Below are positions 15,952-25,909 of a stretch of 64,000 nt of DNA, piece by piece. The translations under genes were made by a program, and so were the position numbers. Within the stretch, counting starts at the first letter, position 1. Every line of letters begins with the position of its first letter. Source of the DNA: a virus (taxonomy: Duplodnaviria; Heunggongvirae; Uroviricota; Caudoviricetes); the IMG/VR virus record IMGVR_UViG_3300045988_005753; one strand, 5' to 3'. The notes below the pieces were generated by a model. It had not been told where the DNA came from, made no database searches, and saw only the letters and a program-made list of their open reading frames with translations.

Positions 15952-18501
15952 ATGGCAGATTACAAATTGAGTCAATTAAACTCAATCGACACAATTCGTT
16001 CAGAAGACCTATTGCACATCAGAGTTAAGAAAAGACCTGAAATGTTGGGTGATGAAGACCGCAGAATGACCTATCAAGACTTCTTAGCTTCCTTCAAACT
16101 AGAAAGGTTTGTTCAGATTGCTGGAAGTAATATGACTGGGGATTTAGGTATTGTCAAGTTACTTTATGGTGGTAAGGCAGTATTTGACCCTACAGGTTCT
16201 TCTGAAATTACTATTGGGGATGTTTTAAAGACTTTTAAACTTAATGCAAATGGTCTTAAACTAACTATTGCAGATGCTTCAAGGTCAGCAACTGTTTATC
16301 ATACTCTGAATAAGCCAAGTCCTAATGAGCTTGGTATGAGAACTAATGAAGAGAATGACGCAAGATATGCAAGACTTGCTATCACAAACACATTCTCTGG
16401 AACTCAAAATATTCAAGGTGATGCTAACTTACTTCGCCTTAGAAACCAAAATGCAAATAATGCACAATACATCGAAGGTGTAAACCTAGATGGTTCGGCT
16501 AGATGGTGGGTTGGTATTGGTAGTAATGGCTCTGATGAAGTAAAGCTGTACAATAACAAATACAACTCAGCCTTGACTGTTGCAAGTAATGTCTCTGTTA
16601 ATAAGTCTTTAGCAATCACTGGTCAAGTTCAACCTTCAGATTTCTCTAACTTAGATGCTAGATACTTCACTCAGACAGTTGCTAATCAGAGATTTGCACA
16701 GTTAGCTGCTAATAATAATTTCACGGGCACTAACACGTTTAGTAGAAATCTAACCATCATTAGTGACAGTGCTGCTTTAAGGTTGAAAAATGCAACAGCT
16801 AGCTCACTATTCATTCATGGTGTTGACTCTCAGAACACTAACAGGTGGTATGTAGGGAACGGGGATAACACAGCCTCTGTGCTGCTACACAACTATGTAC
16901 ACGGTTCAAATATCAGGCTTGATAATGGCTATATCTCAGTCAACCAGAACTTCAGAATCACTGGTCAAGTTCAACCTTCGGATTGGACTAATATTGACTC
17001 TAGATATATTCCGGCAGCAACATTAAGTACGATTGCAAGAACTAATGCACAAAATACTTTTAATGGTGTACAGAAAGTTGTTACGGATAATGAAGCCCTA
17101 ATTGTGAAAAACTCTACTCAGAACAGACCATTGTATATCCGTGGTGTGGACACTGCTAATGTGTCAAGGTGGTGGGTAGGTGTTGGTAGGGCAGATAATA
17201 ATGATGTAACCCTAAATAACAGTTATTCTGGAACCCAATTGGTTCTCGGGAATACAACATCATACATTAACAAAACATTGACTATTGCTGGACAAGTTCA
17301 ACCTTCAGATTTCTCTAACTTAGATGCTAGATACTTTACGCAAAGTGCTAGTGATAGTAGATACCTAAGAATCAGAAGCACTAGCTTCAATGTGGGAAAC
17401 ACTGATAAGTGGGCTAAAATTGCCACTGTTGTGATGCCACAATCAGCATCCACTGCTGTTATTGAGGTATTTGGTGGGTCAGGTTTTAATATTAATACAC
17501 CAAACCAAGCAGGTAAATGTGAAATTGTTCTGCGAACTTCAAATAACAATCCAAAGGGCTTAAATGTTGTTGCTTGGAGAACATCAGAGAACACCATTAT
17601 CAGGGATATTGGTTATGTGAATACTTCTGGAGACACCTATGATATTTACTATCTTGCTGGTACGCATCAAAACAGCACAACGACAAGGGTTCAGTCTTCT
17701 AGTAATGCAAGTGTACAGTTGTTTGAAGTCCCACAGACATTTGATGATGCTCCACAAGGTATTGTGAAGGGTACAATTGCAAAATACTACACAAGTTTGC
17801 AAAAACCAACCCCTTCAGATATTGGTGCATACACTAAAGCAGAGACTGACCAGAAAATTGCAGAAGCAATTAGTGACTCTACAGACCTGAATAAAATCTA
17901 TCCAGTAGGTATTGTAACGTGGTTTAACAGTAATGTTAACCCTAATACAGCACTTCCTGGTCTAACTTGGACGTACCTGAACAATGGTGTTGGTAGAACT
18001 ATTAGAATTGCAGCAGCAAACGGTTCAGATGTTGCTACAACTGGTGGTTCAGACTCTGTAACGTTATCTGTTGGTAACTTACCTTCACATACACACAGTT
18101 TCTCTGCTACCACTTCATCATTTGATTATGGTACTAAGACTTCTAGCACAACTGGTAACCATAACCACAACAGAGGTACTATGGAGATTACTGGTTCATT
18201 TGGTTACTTCAGGAGTGACACTAGCAGCTTCTACACAGCAAGTGGTGCATTCCACCTCGGTAGTCAGGCAGGTTCTAAAGGGTTTACTGGTAATAACTTT
18301 ACTAATGGTATCCCTGTCAACTTCAACGCATCAAGAAACTGGTCTGGTGTAACAAATACAACAGGTAACCATAGCCACACTGTAGGTATTGGTGCTCACA
18401 GTCACACTGTTAGTGGTAACACAGGTGGTACTGGTTCTGGTTCAGCATTTAGTGTTACTAACCAGTTCTATAAGCTAATGGCTTGGGTAAGAACTGCTTA
18501 A
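15952..18501 (+). CDS. long tail fibre protein
   Basis: 849 aa; three internal ~110 aa repeats each containing ITGQVQPSD(F/W)(S/T)N(L/I)D(A/S)RY; C-terminal His-box module GNHNHN, GNHSHTVGIGAHSHTV ending ...WVRTA. Confidence 0.6.
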   Translation: MADYKLSQLNSIDTIRSEDLLHIRVKKRPEMLGDEDRRMTYQDFLASFKLERFVQIAGSNMTGDLGIVKLLYGGKAVFDPTGSSEITIGDVLKTFKLNANGLKLTIADASRSATVYHTLNKPSPNELGMRTNEENDARYARLAITNTFSGTQNIQGDANLLRLRNQNANNAQYIEGVNLDGSARWWVGIGSNGSDEVKLYNNKYNSALTVASNVSVNKSLAITGQVQPSDFSNLDARYFTQTVANQRFAQLAANNNFTGTNTFSRNLTIISDSAALRLKNATASSLFIHGVDSQNTNRWYVGNGDNTASVLLHNYVHGSNIRLDNGYISVNQNFRITGQVQPSDWTNIDSRYIPAATLSTIARTNAQNTFNGVQKVVTDNEALIVKNSTQNRPLYIRGVDTANVSRWWVGVGRADNNDVTLNNSYSGTQLVLGNTTSYINKTLTIAGQVQPSDFSNLDARYFTQSASDSRYLRIRSTSFNVGNTDKWAKIATVVMPQSASTAVIEVFGGSGFNINTPNQAGKCEIVLRTSNNNPKGLNVVAWRTSENTIIRDIGYVNTSGDTYDIYYLAGTHQNSTTTRVQSSSNASVQLFEVPQTFDDAPQGIVKGTIAKYYTSLQKPTPSDIGAYTKAETDQKIAEAISDSTDLNKIYPVGIVTWFNSNVNPNTALPGLTWTYLNNGVGRTIRIAAANGSDVATTGGSDSVTLSVGNLPSHTHSFSATTSSFDYGTKTSSTTGNHNHNRGTMEITGSFGYFRSDTSSFYTASGAFHLGSQAGSKGFTGNNFTNGIPVNFNASRNWSGVTNTTGNHSHTVGIGAHSHTVSGNTGGTGSGSAFSVTNQFYKLMAWVRTA

Positions 18502-18508
18502 TCCCTTG

Positions 18509-18537
18509 TTGACTGATTGTTAAGATGGTGTTAATAT
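18509..18537 (+). promoter_or_regulatory. sigma70-like promoter TTGACT-N17-TAATAT with a 9-bp inverted repeat around the start site
   Basis: TTGACT 18509-18514, 17-nt spacer, TAATAT 18532-18537; AAGATGGTG (18522-18530) is the reverse complement of CACCATCTT (18554-18562). Confidence 0.45.
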
Positions 18538-18580
18538 TCTTTATGGGTATTCTCACCATCTTGGCTGATGAGGTGATTAA

Positions 18581-18775
18581 ATGCCTACAATCCTAGCAAT
18601 TCTTCTAAAAAATCTAGGTAGCTTCTTCTGGAAACTCATTTTATCCCTTCTGAGTGAATACATGATTGAGAAAGTGTTCTTTAAGCTTGCAAGATACCTT
18701 GCGAGTAAAACAGACACACCTATTGATGATGAGTTCGTAGATAACTTAGAAAAAGCTTTTAAGGGGGAGAAATAA
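18581..18775 (+). CDS. hypothetical small protein
   Basis: 64 aa ORF with GAGG 6 nt upstream of the ATG; hydrophobic N-terminal half. Confidence 0.4.
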   Translation: MPTILAILLKNLGSFFWKLILSLLSEYMIEKVFFKLARYLASKTDTPIDDEFVDNLEKAFKGEK

Positions 18776-19147
18776 ATGAAGTGGCTAGAGGAAGCTTTTA
18801 AAAATAATATTGGTGCAATTGTAGTTGGTATTTTTAGTGTTATCGGGATGTATACCACTATGCAAGTTTCAAGTGGTAAGCAAGAAGTGTCTGTCACAAC
18901 AAAGTTACAGCAGCTAGATAATTATTCCAAAAGTAACTATTCAGCTATTCGTGATTTACAGTCTGACATGAGACTAATTCAGCTAGGGATGGAGAACCAG
19001 AAAGTCCAGTTAGAGAATGTTAAGGGTGAGAATGCGAAACTTACCAAAACTCTTGATAAATTCTCTGACAGTGTGAACAATCTGGCCCAATCAGTATCAG
19101 CCTTGCAAGCTATTACTGAAAAGAACACAAAGAATACTGAAAAATAA
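18776..19147 (+). CDS. hypothetical membrane-anchored coiled-coil protein
   Basis: 123 aa; one N-terminal hydrophobic helix (IGAIVVGIFSVIGMY) then heptad-like region; overlapping stop/start with the upstream ORF. Confidence 0.4.
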   Translation: MKWLEEAFKNNIGAIVVGIFSVIGMYTTMQVSSGKQEVSVTTKLQQLDNYSKSNYSAIRDLQSDMRLIQLGMENQKVQLENVKGENAKLTKTLDKFSDSVNNLAQSVSALQAITEKNTKNTEK

Positions 19148-19155
19148 AATTTTAA

Positions 19156-19181
19156 GGCTCCCGTAAAAAGGAGCCTTTTTT
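19156..19181. terminator. bidirectional rho-independent terminator between convergent gene blocks
   Basis: GGCTCC (19156-19161) pairs with GGAGCC (19170-19175); A-run upstream and T-run downstream; sits between a + strand stop at 19147 and a - strand stop at 19185. Confidence 0.6.
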
Positions 19182-19184
19182 GTT

Positions 19185-20084
19185 TTATTTACCTACTGAC
19201 AAAGGTGCTTCAATCTTCCCTGCATGTTGGTAGTTGTTAATACCACCAATAAAATCACTTGCAGTAAGATGTTTCAGGTCACTTAAAGTATTAAGTGGTA
19301 GACCAATCTCAAAAGTTGGTGCATGGAACTCTTCATTGTTCATCAGTTCATAAACCTGCTTCATATGGTTCTGATAAATCTGAGTATCTCCAAAGACACC
19401 TATCAAGTACCGTGGAGTGTATCCAGTCATCTTGCAAAGAACTTCTAAGATGAAGCCATAAGACGCAATGTTAAATGGAAGTCCTAAAAAGGTGTCTACA
19501 GAACGCTGATACCATTGCAAATCCACTTCACCTTCATTAGTGATATAAATCTGAAACAGAACATGACAAGGTGCTAAAGCCATTGAGTTTGCTGCAATAT
19601 CTGCTGCATTCCAAGCATTAACAAGCATGTAACGGTCTGTGATATCACCCTTCATCTTCGTTACTAAGGTCTCTAGTTGGTCTACAACACAACCATTATG
19701 ACCTTCGAAGTTTCTCCACTGGACCCCATAGATTCTCCCACCTGCATCTTCTAACCAATCTTGTTCAGAAGAATAATTAGAACTTAACCAGCGTTTAAAA
19801 TCATCTGACCAGATAGTCCAGCGTTCCCCATCATTTTCACCCCAAGTACGGTAACGGAGTTCACCAAGTTTATTCTCACCATTCAGGAACCATAAAGCTT
19901 CCCCAATAACTTGCCGTGTAAACACCTGTTTAGATGTTAAGAGTGGGAAACCAGTGCGCATATCAAAACGAAATTTTGGTGGAGCAAATGCAGAGATAAC
20001 ATCTCCAGTTCGTGTAGTACGCAGTTCACCAACGGATAAAACATGGTTCAGGATATTTTTGTAACTTGTATCTGCTTGTGACAT
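19185..20084 (-). CDS. thyA: thymidylate synthase
   Basis: 299 aa; contains the catalytic LAPCH motif with flanking QFY-type and RSxD-type context characteristic of ThyA. Confidence 0.85.
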   Translation of the reverse strand: MSQADTSYKNILNHVLSVGELRTTRTGDVISAFAPPKFRFDMRTGFPLLTSKQVFTRQVIGEALWFLNGENKLGELRYRTWGENDGERWTIWSDDFKRWLSSNYSSEQDWLEDAGGRIYGVQWRNFEGHNGCVVDQLETLVTKMKGDITDRYMLVNAWNAADIAANSMALAPCHVLFQIYITNEGEVDLQWYQRSVDTFLGLPFNIASYGFILEVLCKMTGYTPRYLIGVFGDTQIYQNHMKQVYELMNNEEFHAPTFEIGLPLNTLSDLKHLTASDFIGGINNYQHAGKIEAPLSVGK

Positions 20085-20085
20085 A

Positions 20086-20532
20086 TCAAAAGTGCCCTTT
20101 TACTTGTGGAACATAAATTTCAAAGGTGGCTTTACCATCCTCTGATGGTTTTGACTGTACCTTTGTAAATACACGGTTATCATACAGCTTCTCAAAGAAG
20201 TTTTCAAAAGGTAAATACACAGTGGCCTCTTCAGTAACTTTATGGAAAACTGTATGGAAAACTACACCATCAAGATTCTGGTAAAGCTCTTTGATGAAGT
20301 GGTCTTTCACAATCTGACTGCTAGTTGTTTCCAGCTTAATGTTCGAGATTGCTGAACCTACAGCCATATAGCCCATGACACGTTTCTTCTCAGTATGCTT
20401 AATCTTACCATCTTTGTAAGCCATAATGAGATTGGAGAGAATCTTCACACCATAATACTTTTCAAGGTGAGTGGGTACGCCATAAAAACCTAATGCGAAG
20501 TTTTCAGAGTGGATAATGTTTTCACGTTTCAT
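20086..20532 (-). CDS. hypothetical protein
   Basis: 148 aa ORF packed between thyA and the HTH gene. Confidence 0.45.
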   Translation of the reverse strand: MKRENIIHSENFALGFYGVPTHLEKYYGVKILSNLIMAYKDGKIKHTEKKRVMGYMAVGSAISNIKLETTSSQIVKDHFIKELYQNLDGVVFHTVFHKVTEEATVYLPFENFFEKLYDNRVFTKVQSKPSEDGKATFEIYVPQVKGHF

Positions 20533-20533
20533 A

Positions 20534-20833
20534 TTAATCTGCCAACCTTAAATTAAAATTAACACCAAATTTTTCACATACTCCCAACATATACTCAAGG
20601 GAGACATTACCAGTGAGATGAATTATGTTGGATACACGAGCCTGAGAGATACCACAAATTTTAGCAACTTGCTCTTGAGAAAGACCTCTGGATTTAATCT
20701 CTCTCTTAAAACGATGTGCAACGAAATCTCTCATTTCGTCTACATCCATTGGACAAATATAACTCTCCATTTCAGCCTCTCTATCAGCCTCCCAATCATC
20801 TTGTGGGGCATAAGGGTCAAAAACCTCATTCAT
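20534..20833 (-). CDS. helix-turn-helix (XRE-type) DNA-binding protein
   Basis: LSQEQVAKICGISQARVSNI is a canonical HTH motif; the track start at 20863 is a TTG, while the internal ATG at 20833 overlaps the upstream stop, so the shorter start is preferred. Confidence 0.5.
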   Translation of the reverse strand: MNEVFDPYAPQDDWEADREAEMESYICPMDVDEMRDFVAHRFKREIKSRGLSQEQVAKICGISQARVSNIIHLTGNVSLEYMLGVCEKFGVNFNLRLAD

Positions 20834-21038
20834 CTTTCTTCTTCCGTTTGCGTGAAGTATCAATCAACGAATCTATGTTTGTAGCCCTAACCTTTTCACG
20901 TTCATCATTAAGATAATCATCAAGAGCCTTTTCAATCTGTGAATCATCTTGACAGATAACTGTAAAGACTGTAAAGCCGTCTGTATCGTCAATTATCTTA
21001 CCATAACCGCTTCTGGGATGTAACTTTTTAAGAGCCAT
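20826..21038 (-). CDS. hypothetical small protein with basic C-terminus
   Basis: 70 aa ORF, 8-nt overlap with the downstream HTH gene. Confidence 0.4.
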   Translation of the reverse strand: MALKKLHPRSGYGKIIDDTDGFTVFTVICQDDSQIEKALDDYLNDEREKVRATNIDSLIDTSRKRKKKDE

Positions 21039-21039
21039 A

Positions 21040-21423
21040 TTAGATACCTGTGCAGCTTCTGTTTTCTAAGAAATACTCAACACCATACATAGCTTTTTGC
21101 ATCAAATCTTCTTTAAACTGGATACGATGGTTGAGCATAGCCTGTACATCAATATCATCATGGTGCTTCTCTTTAATATTTGCAGATTGCAGGAAATACT
21201 CTGCAAGAACGCGATATTGATAGTCAGTCACCTTGTCAGTCATCTCTGTCAAAGATTCTTCAGAGATTGGTTTAAGTAGCTCACCATTAGCTAGAGCAAC
21301 ACCTTTTACAATCTGGCAAGTATCTTCTGGAACACCTGACAAGTCCACATTTGGGAGTTCTGTTGCATTGACTGGTAAATTCATTGCCATAACCATTGCA
21401 GCAGCTAATAAAATCTTTTTCAT
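21040..21423 (-). CDS. secreted/periplasmic protein with N-terminal signal peptide
   Basis: MKKILLAAAMVMAMNLPVNA has the n-, h- and AxA-like cleavage features of a Sec signal peptide; GAGG 5 nt upstream of the ATG. Confidence 0.5.
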   Translation of the reverse strand: MKKILLAAAMVMAMNLPVNATELPNVDLSGVPEDTCQIVKGVALANGELLKPISEESLTEMTDKVTDYQYRVLAEYFLQSANIKEKHHDDIDVQAMLNHRIQFKEDLMQKAMYGVEYFLENRSCTGI

Positions 21424-21467
21424 AATGACCTCAAAGTTATATTAAATTTTGTATTACATTGAGTATA

Positions 21468-21496
21468 AAAATAAGCTATAACACCTGACTTGTCAA
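21468..21496 (-). promoter_or_regulatory. candidate sigma70-like promoter TTGACA-N17-TATTTT (read on the - strand)
   Basis: Reverse complement of 21491-21496 is TTGACA; a TATTTT hexamer follows after a 17-nt spacer; lies about 45 nt upstream of the 21423 start. Confidence 0.3.
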
Positions 21497-21530
21497 CAGA
21501 TTTTATAGCTTATTTGGCAGATTTTTTATA

Positions 21531-21641
21531 AGGCTACTGCCATCCTTCCATACATTACCTAACCAAGCCGAACATCACACAACCAGACCGAGCCGCACCC
21601 CGCCTTATTAAAAGACCCTGTTTAAAGACCTTTTAAAAAGG
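21531..21641 (-). repeat. intergenic module copy 1: GT-rich tract (CA-rich on + strand) plus conserved ~39-nt AT-rich core
   Basis: + strand 21531-21602 has almost no G or T runs (GCCGCACC motif); core CCTTATTAAAAGACCCTGTTTAAAGACCTTTTAAAAAGG at 21603-21641 is nearly identical to 22878-22915. Confidence 0.5.
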
Positions 21642-21657
21642 AGCCTCCAAAGAGGCT
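21635..21657 (-). terminator. rho-independent terminator after gene 21669..22109
   Basis: AGCCTC (21642-21647) and GAGGCT (21652-21657) form a stem; on the - strand it is followed by CC then TTTTT. Confidence 0.45.
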
Positions 21658-21668
21658 ACCTAGTCAAC

Positions 21669-22109
21669 TTAGAAAGGTTTTCTACGTTGCTTGTTAATGT
21701 TAGCTTTCATAGCAGCTAAATGGTTTTGCTGTTCAATTAGTCGTGAACGTTCTTGATGGCTAAGTGCCATAGTGTTCACATTCTCAATTGCTTGAGTGGC
21801 TTGCTTTAAAGCTCGACCAATCTTACCAGACATTTTACGTTTTGCAATAGTTGCTTGATGTTTAGGCTCAACCACACGATAACCAACACCCATTGAAGCA
21901 ACCAGATAAATCTTCTCTTCTTTAAGAAGCTTTTCAATAAACTTCTCAAGTCGGTTTAGACGTGTAAGTGCATAAGCCTTCATTTCATCTTCGTACTTAA
22001 CAATGTCACCTTGATAAGTTGGCTTCACAATACCTAAGAAGGTATCCATCTCAGAGTGTGATACAGTGTCACCGTAACTAAACTTTGCTGCTAATGCTTT
22101 TGTATTCAT
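21669..22109 (-). CDS. hypothetical protein
   Basis: 146 aa ORF, basic C-terminus. Confidence 0.45.
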   Translation of the reverse strand: MNTKALAAKFSYGDTVSHSEMDTFLGIVKPTYQGDIVKYEDEMKAYALTRLNRLEKFIEKLLKEEKIYLVASMGVGYRVVEPKHQATIAKRKMSGKIGRALKQATQAIENVNTMALSHQERSRLIEQQNHLAAMKANINKQRRKPF

Positions 22110-22111
22110 AA

Positions 22112-22717
<606 letters not shown>

Positions 22718-22790
22718 TTAGTTGATTGTTAAGTTGTTTGTAAAGAACCCTCAATAGAAGACTCTTTAGAAACTTGGTAGATTTTTAACG

Positions 22791-23121
22791 TGGCTACTAC
22801 CATCCACCCATACCATACCATACCAAACCTGACCAAATCTTGCCGCACCCAACCTGACCTCGCCTAACCTTACCACACCTCATTAAAAGACCCTTTTAAA
22901 GACCTTTTAAAAAGGTAAGTCTCATTTTAATGTAGCTGAGACTAACTACCCATACCTTACCGCACCGGACCTTACCGGACCGCACATCGCCGCACCAAAC
23001 CAAACATCACATTACCTGACCTCACCGCGCCTTACCATACCTCACTTAAAAACCCTCTTAGAAAGACTCTTAAGTGATGCTGGTGAGTACCCGTTGGTTT
23101 ATGCTGCTCAGTATACTCACC
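22791..23121 (-). repeat. intergenic module copies 2 and 3: two tandem units of hairpin + AT-rich core + GT-rich tract
   Basis: Hairpins GGTGAGTA/TACTCACC (23082-23121) and AGTCTCA/TGAGACT (22918-22943); core at 22878-22915 and a degenerate core at 23046-23072; CA-rich tracts 22791-22877 and 22945-23046 with GCCGCACC and TACCATACC repeats. Confidence 0.5.
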
Positions 23122-23133
23122 AAATTTTCTATG

Positions 23134-23322
23134 TCAACAACTTTCTAATAAAGTTTTATGAAGATTTTGCTTAACAACTCGCCTCACATGCCTATGTTCT
23201 TTCTTAATAAAGAGTGACCTCTTCTTGATAGAGCGCCTATTCTTGTAAGTATTACTAGGATACTTATCATGAACCGGACAACAACTACCCGGATTTGTAA
23301 ACTTGATAATCTCTCTTTTCAC
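23134..23322 (-). CDS. hypothetical small basic protein
   Basis: 62 aa ORF whose start overlaps the ligase stop. Confidence 0.35.
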   Translation of the reverse strand: MKREIIKFTNPGSCCPVHDKYPSNTYKNRRSIKKRSLFIKKEHRHVRRVVKQNLHKTLLESC

Positions 23323-24422
23323 TATTCATAATCCCTAATAACGAGACCAACAGGGAACTGTAAAGACCCCTTACGAGTCATCTTCTGGAACTGAACCGTT
23401 AAAGGCTTCCCGATAAACTCTTCAGGATGCTCAGCAAGATACTGTTTCTTCTCATGAGTAGTCTTCCATGAGACATCTACAAAGACGTTAGGAAGAGTCT
23501 CTACAACGAACTTGCCATGACCACGTTTATCGGTCTTGACACCAGTCACTTTAAACTCTTCAGTGTGCATCTTCTTGTGCTTAATCAAGAAATATGAACG
23601 GTGACAACACTCATAGAAGGAGTCTTCAGAGATTGAACGGTACATTGCACCTTCAAACTTAGCTTCAACCCACTTATCATGGGCTTCGTCAAACTCTTCC
23701 CAAGAATTTACACGGATAGTCTGTACAGGAACAACTCTACAGGTATCCCCAAGCTCAACAATGGGTGAGTTATCGATAACTTCACGACGCTCAGGCCAAG
23801 ATTTTGAATTGTCACAGATATCATACCAGTAGAATTTAAGAAGGTGACGGTCTGGATTGTCAGCATTCTTAATCATAGACACAATATCTTCTAAGTCCCA
23901 ACCATGAGCATAAATCTCGCCATCAAAGTCTTCAACTTGCGGGTGTAATTTAAGCAACAAAAGCAAATCTGGGATTAGTTCTGCTGGAACGTTGTAAACA
24001 GTATTCTCACGAGAATAAGCCGTGAAACTAACTGTATCAGCATCTCTTGAAATTCTACAACGGACACCATCAAGCTTTGGTTGAGCATCAGCAGGGAACT
24101 TCAGATACTTTGCATGACTAACCTTTGCAGCGTCATGAGCAAGCTGTACACCTACCTTCTCAGTATTCTGTGCAGACTCTTTTGTGTAAGCATAACCCTT
24201 GCGGTCAACTTGCTTTTTATACTTAGCAGCAACTTCAAAGAGAGCTTGCTGTTCAGCGTTACGCTCATTCTTTTTACCGATGTTTTTAGGTTCTGCTGTA
24301 TACTCTTCAAACATCATCTTGCCATTTTCTTTACCGTAGGTTGTAATAACTTTGTCACCTACAGCAACACATGACCAAACGTTGAAGGAACCATCTTTAT
24401 TTTGTTTGTACAGAATTGTCAT
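23322..24422 (-). CDS. ATP-dependent DNA ligase
   Basis: 366 aa; KLDGVRC matches ligase motif I (KxDG adenylation lysine). Confidence 0.75.
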   Translation of the reverse strand: MTILYKQNKDGSFNVWSCVAVGDKVITTYGKENGKMMFEEYTAEPKNIGKKNERNAEQQALFEVAAKYKKQVDRKGYAYTKESAQNTEKVGVQLAHDAAKVSHAKYLKFPADAQPKLDGVRCRISRDADTVSFTAYSRENTVYNVPAELIPDLLLLLKLHPQVEDFDGEIYAHGWDLEDIVSMIKNADNPDRHLLKFYWYDICDNSKSWPERREVIDNSPIVELGDTCRVVPVQTIRVNSWEEFDEAHDKWVEAKFEGAMYRSISEDSFYECCHRSYFLIKHKKMHTEEFKVTGVKTDKRGHGKFVVETLPNVFVDVSWKTTHEKKQYLAEHPEEFIGKPLTVQFQKMTRKGSLQFPVGLVIRDYE

Positions 24423-24427
24423 TCAAA

Positions 24428-24952
24428 TTACCTTAGCATGTGTGATTTTACTGGAATAAAGATACCAAATTGTGAGACTGCTAAACCAGATAGTGACATA
24501 CACTGTTCAGGTAAGTACACAAAAACCCCTGTGTAGAAGTCTATAAAAGAACCATCATCTTGTTTGCAGGCTAGTTTTCCATAACCATAGTTGTACAACT
24601 TTAATGAACCATCATCATACTTTAAGTAGTTCTTGAACTGAACATTAAAAGCATATTCAGAGAACCTTGTGTACAGGTCATAAAGCAATCCAATACTGTC
24701 GTCGACTATTGCTACACCAAACTTTTTACAAATATCTACATAGTTTTTGTATAATTTATTATGATTTTCAGGTGTTGCAAAGTTTGTATACCAATGTTCT
24801 AAGATAGATAACTTAATTGGCTGATTTTTAGAATATTCTAATACCTTCATGTCATACCAAGATTTCCTAAGTCTGACATCATCTAGCCTTAAATTTTGAG
24901 ACACTTCGCGGAAGTTTTTGATGATTATATTTCTGCGCCTATTGTCAATCAT
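24428..24952 (-). CDS. hypothetical protein
   Basis: Track ORF 24428..24985 trimmed to the ATG at 24952, which abuts the upstream stop at 24955. Confidence 0.4.
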   Translation of the reverse strand: MIDNRRRNIIIKNFREVSQNLRLDDVRLRKSWYDMKVLEYSKNQPIKLSILEHWYTNFATPENHNKLYKNYVDICKKFGVAIVDDSIGLLYDLYTRFSEYAFNVQFKNYLKYDDGSLKLYNYGYGKLACKQDDGSFIDFYTGVFVYLPEQCMSLSGLAVSQFGIFIPVKSHMLR

Positions 24953-24954
24953 AA

Positions 24955-25146
24955 TCAATCCTCTGAGTGATACCAAGTGTTGCAAGCATTACATGCGTAA
25001 AGCTCTAAGTCATTTTTATCTGGTTTATGAAAACAGTTCGCTCCGCAGTGACAACGAAATGGTTTTCCACCAACTGTCAGAATGAAGGATTGAACCTTTC
25101 CATCAGGAGTTCGTACAGCATTTTTATGCTTGTCTTCTTTATTCAT
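24955..25146 (-). CDS. small Cys-rich (zinc-ribbon-like) protein
   Basis: 63 aa with CHC...C and CNAC cysteine pairs. Confidence 0.4.
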   Translation of the reverse strand: MNKEDKHKNAVRTPDGKVQSFILTVGGKPFRCHCGANCFHKPDKNDLELYACNACNTWYHSED

Positions 25147-25302
25147 TTGTGCTATTGCCTTTGTCAGATTTCATATAGGACATGTTACTACGCCTTTTAA
25201 TAAAATGTACAACGCATTTTGGTGTATCCTTTGCGTCTTTGATGTGCAATCTCTCGAAACTGTGCACTGTGAAGGTTGCATCTGTCATTGTTTGCTTAGG
25301 TT

Positions 25303-25509
25303 TCATTTTCTCTTACCACCAATCTCTACGTCGATAACTTGAACATCGCCAGCAACATCAAACTTATGAATGATGCTTTCAACAGTGTAAGTCCAACCAT
25401 CAATGCGAACCAACTCACCTTCTCGTGGGACGATTGGATTACGTTGAGCTACGGTTGTAGTGGAGTGAACAACATCATAACGATAGATATAGTTTACTAA
25501 TACTTCCAT
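25303..25509 (-). CDS. hypothetical protein
   Basis: Track ORF 25303..25608 overlaps the lipoprotein gene; the internal ATG at 25509 has GAGG 8 nt upstream and starts just after the lipoprotein stop. Confidence 0.35.
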   Translation of the reverse strand: MEVLVNYIYRYDVVHSTTTVAQRNPIVPREGELVRIDGWTYTVESIIHKFDVAGDVQVIDVEIGGKRK

Positions 25510-25519
25510 CGTGAAAACC

Positions 25520-25777
25520 TCACTCAATAACCGTGGTATGTGATTGACTATTTTTGCCATAGTTATAAGATGTTGTTGTTTGAGAGTTTGGACATCTGAC
25601 AACAACAATATCTCTGCTTATAGCATCACCATTGAGTTTGTAGATTTTGCAGTCTTGCATCTCTGGAGGGAGGCTGTAAGAATCATCTTTGATTTCATAA
25701 GATGGGTTGCAGCCAGCCAGAAAAATTACTCCAAGTGCAACCATTGCTTTCACACAACCCTTAACCTTATTGTTCAC
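25520..25777 (-). CDS. predicted lipoprotein
   Basis: 85 aa; MNNKVKGCVKAMVALGVIFLAGC has a basic n-region, hydrophobic core and an L-A-G-C lipobox. Confidence 0.5.
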   Translation of the reverse strand: MNNKVKGCVKAMVALGVIFLAGCNPSYEIKDDSYSLPPEMQDCKIYKLNGDAISRDIVVVRCPNSQTTTSYNYGKNSQSHTTVIE

Positions 25778-25909
25778 GATAGTCTACCTCTCTGTATGTT
25801 TTTAAATAGTGAGTGATGAGTTCTGGTAATTCACTACGTTTAACGTTTGAACGAAGAAGTGTCCAGTCAAAACCTTTACCAACCCTTCCCCAGAGACTGT
25901 ACATTTTCT

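Noticed and set aside
22791-23046. GGT-periodic GT-rich tracts as a Gly-rich (collagen-like) coding region on the - strand
   Set aside because: The GGT spacing is irregular (periods 5-7), frames are interrupted, and no ORF of meaningful length is present on either strand.
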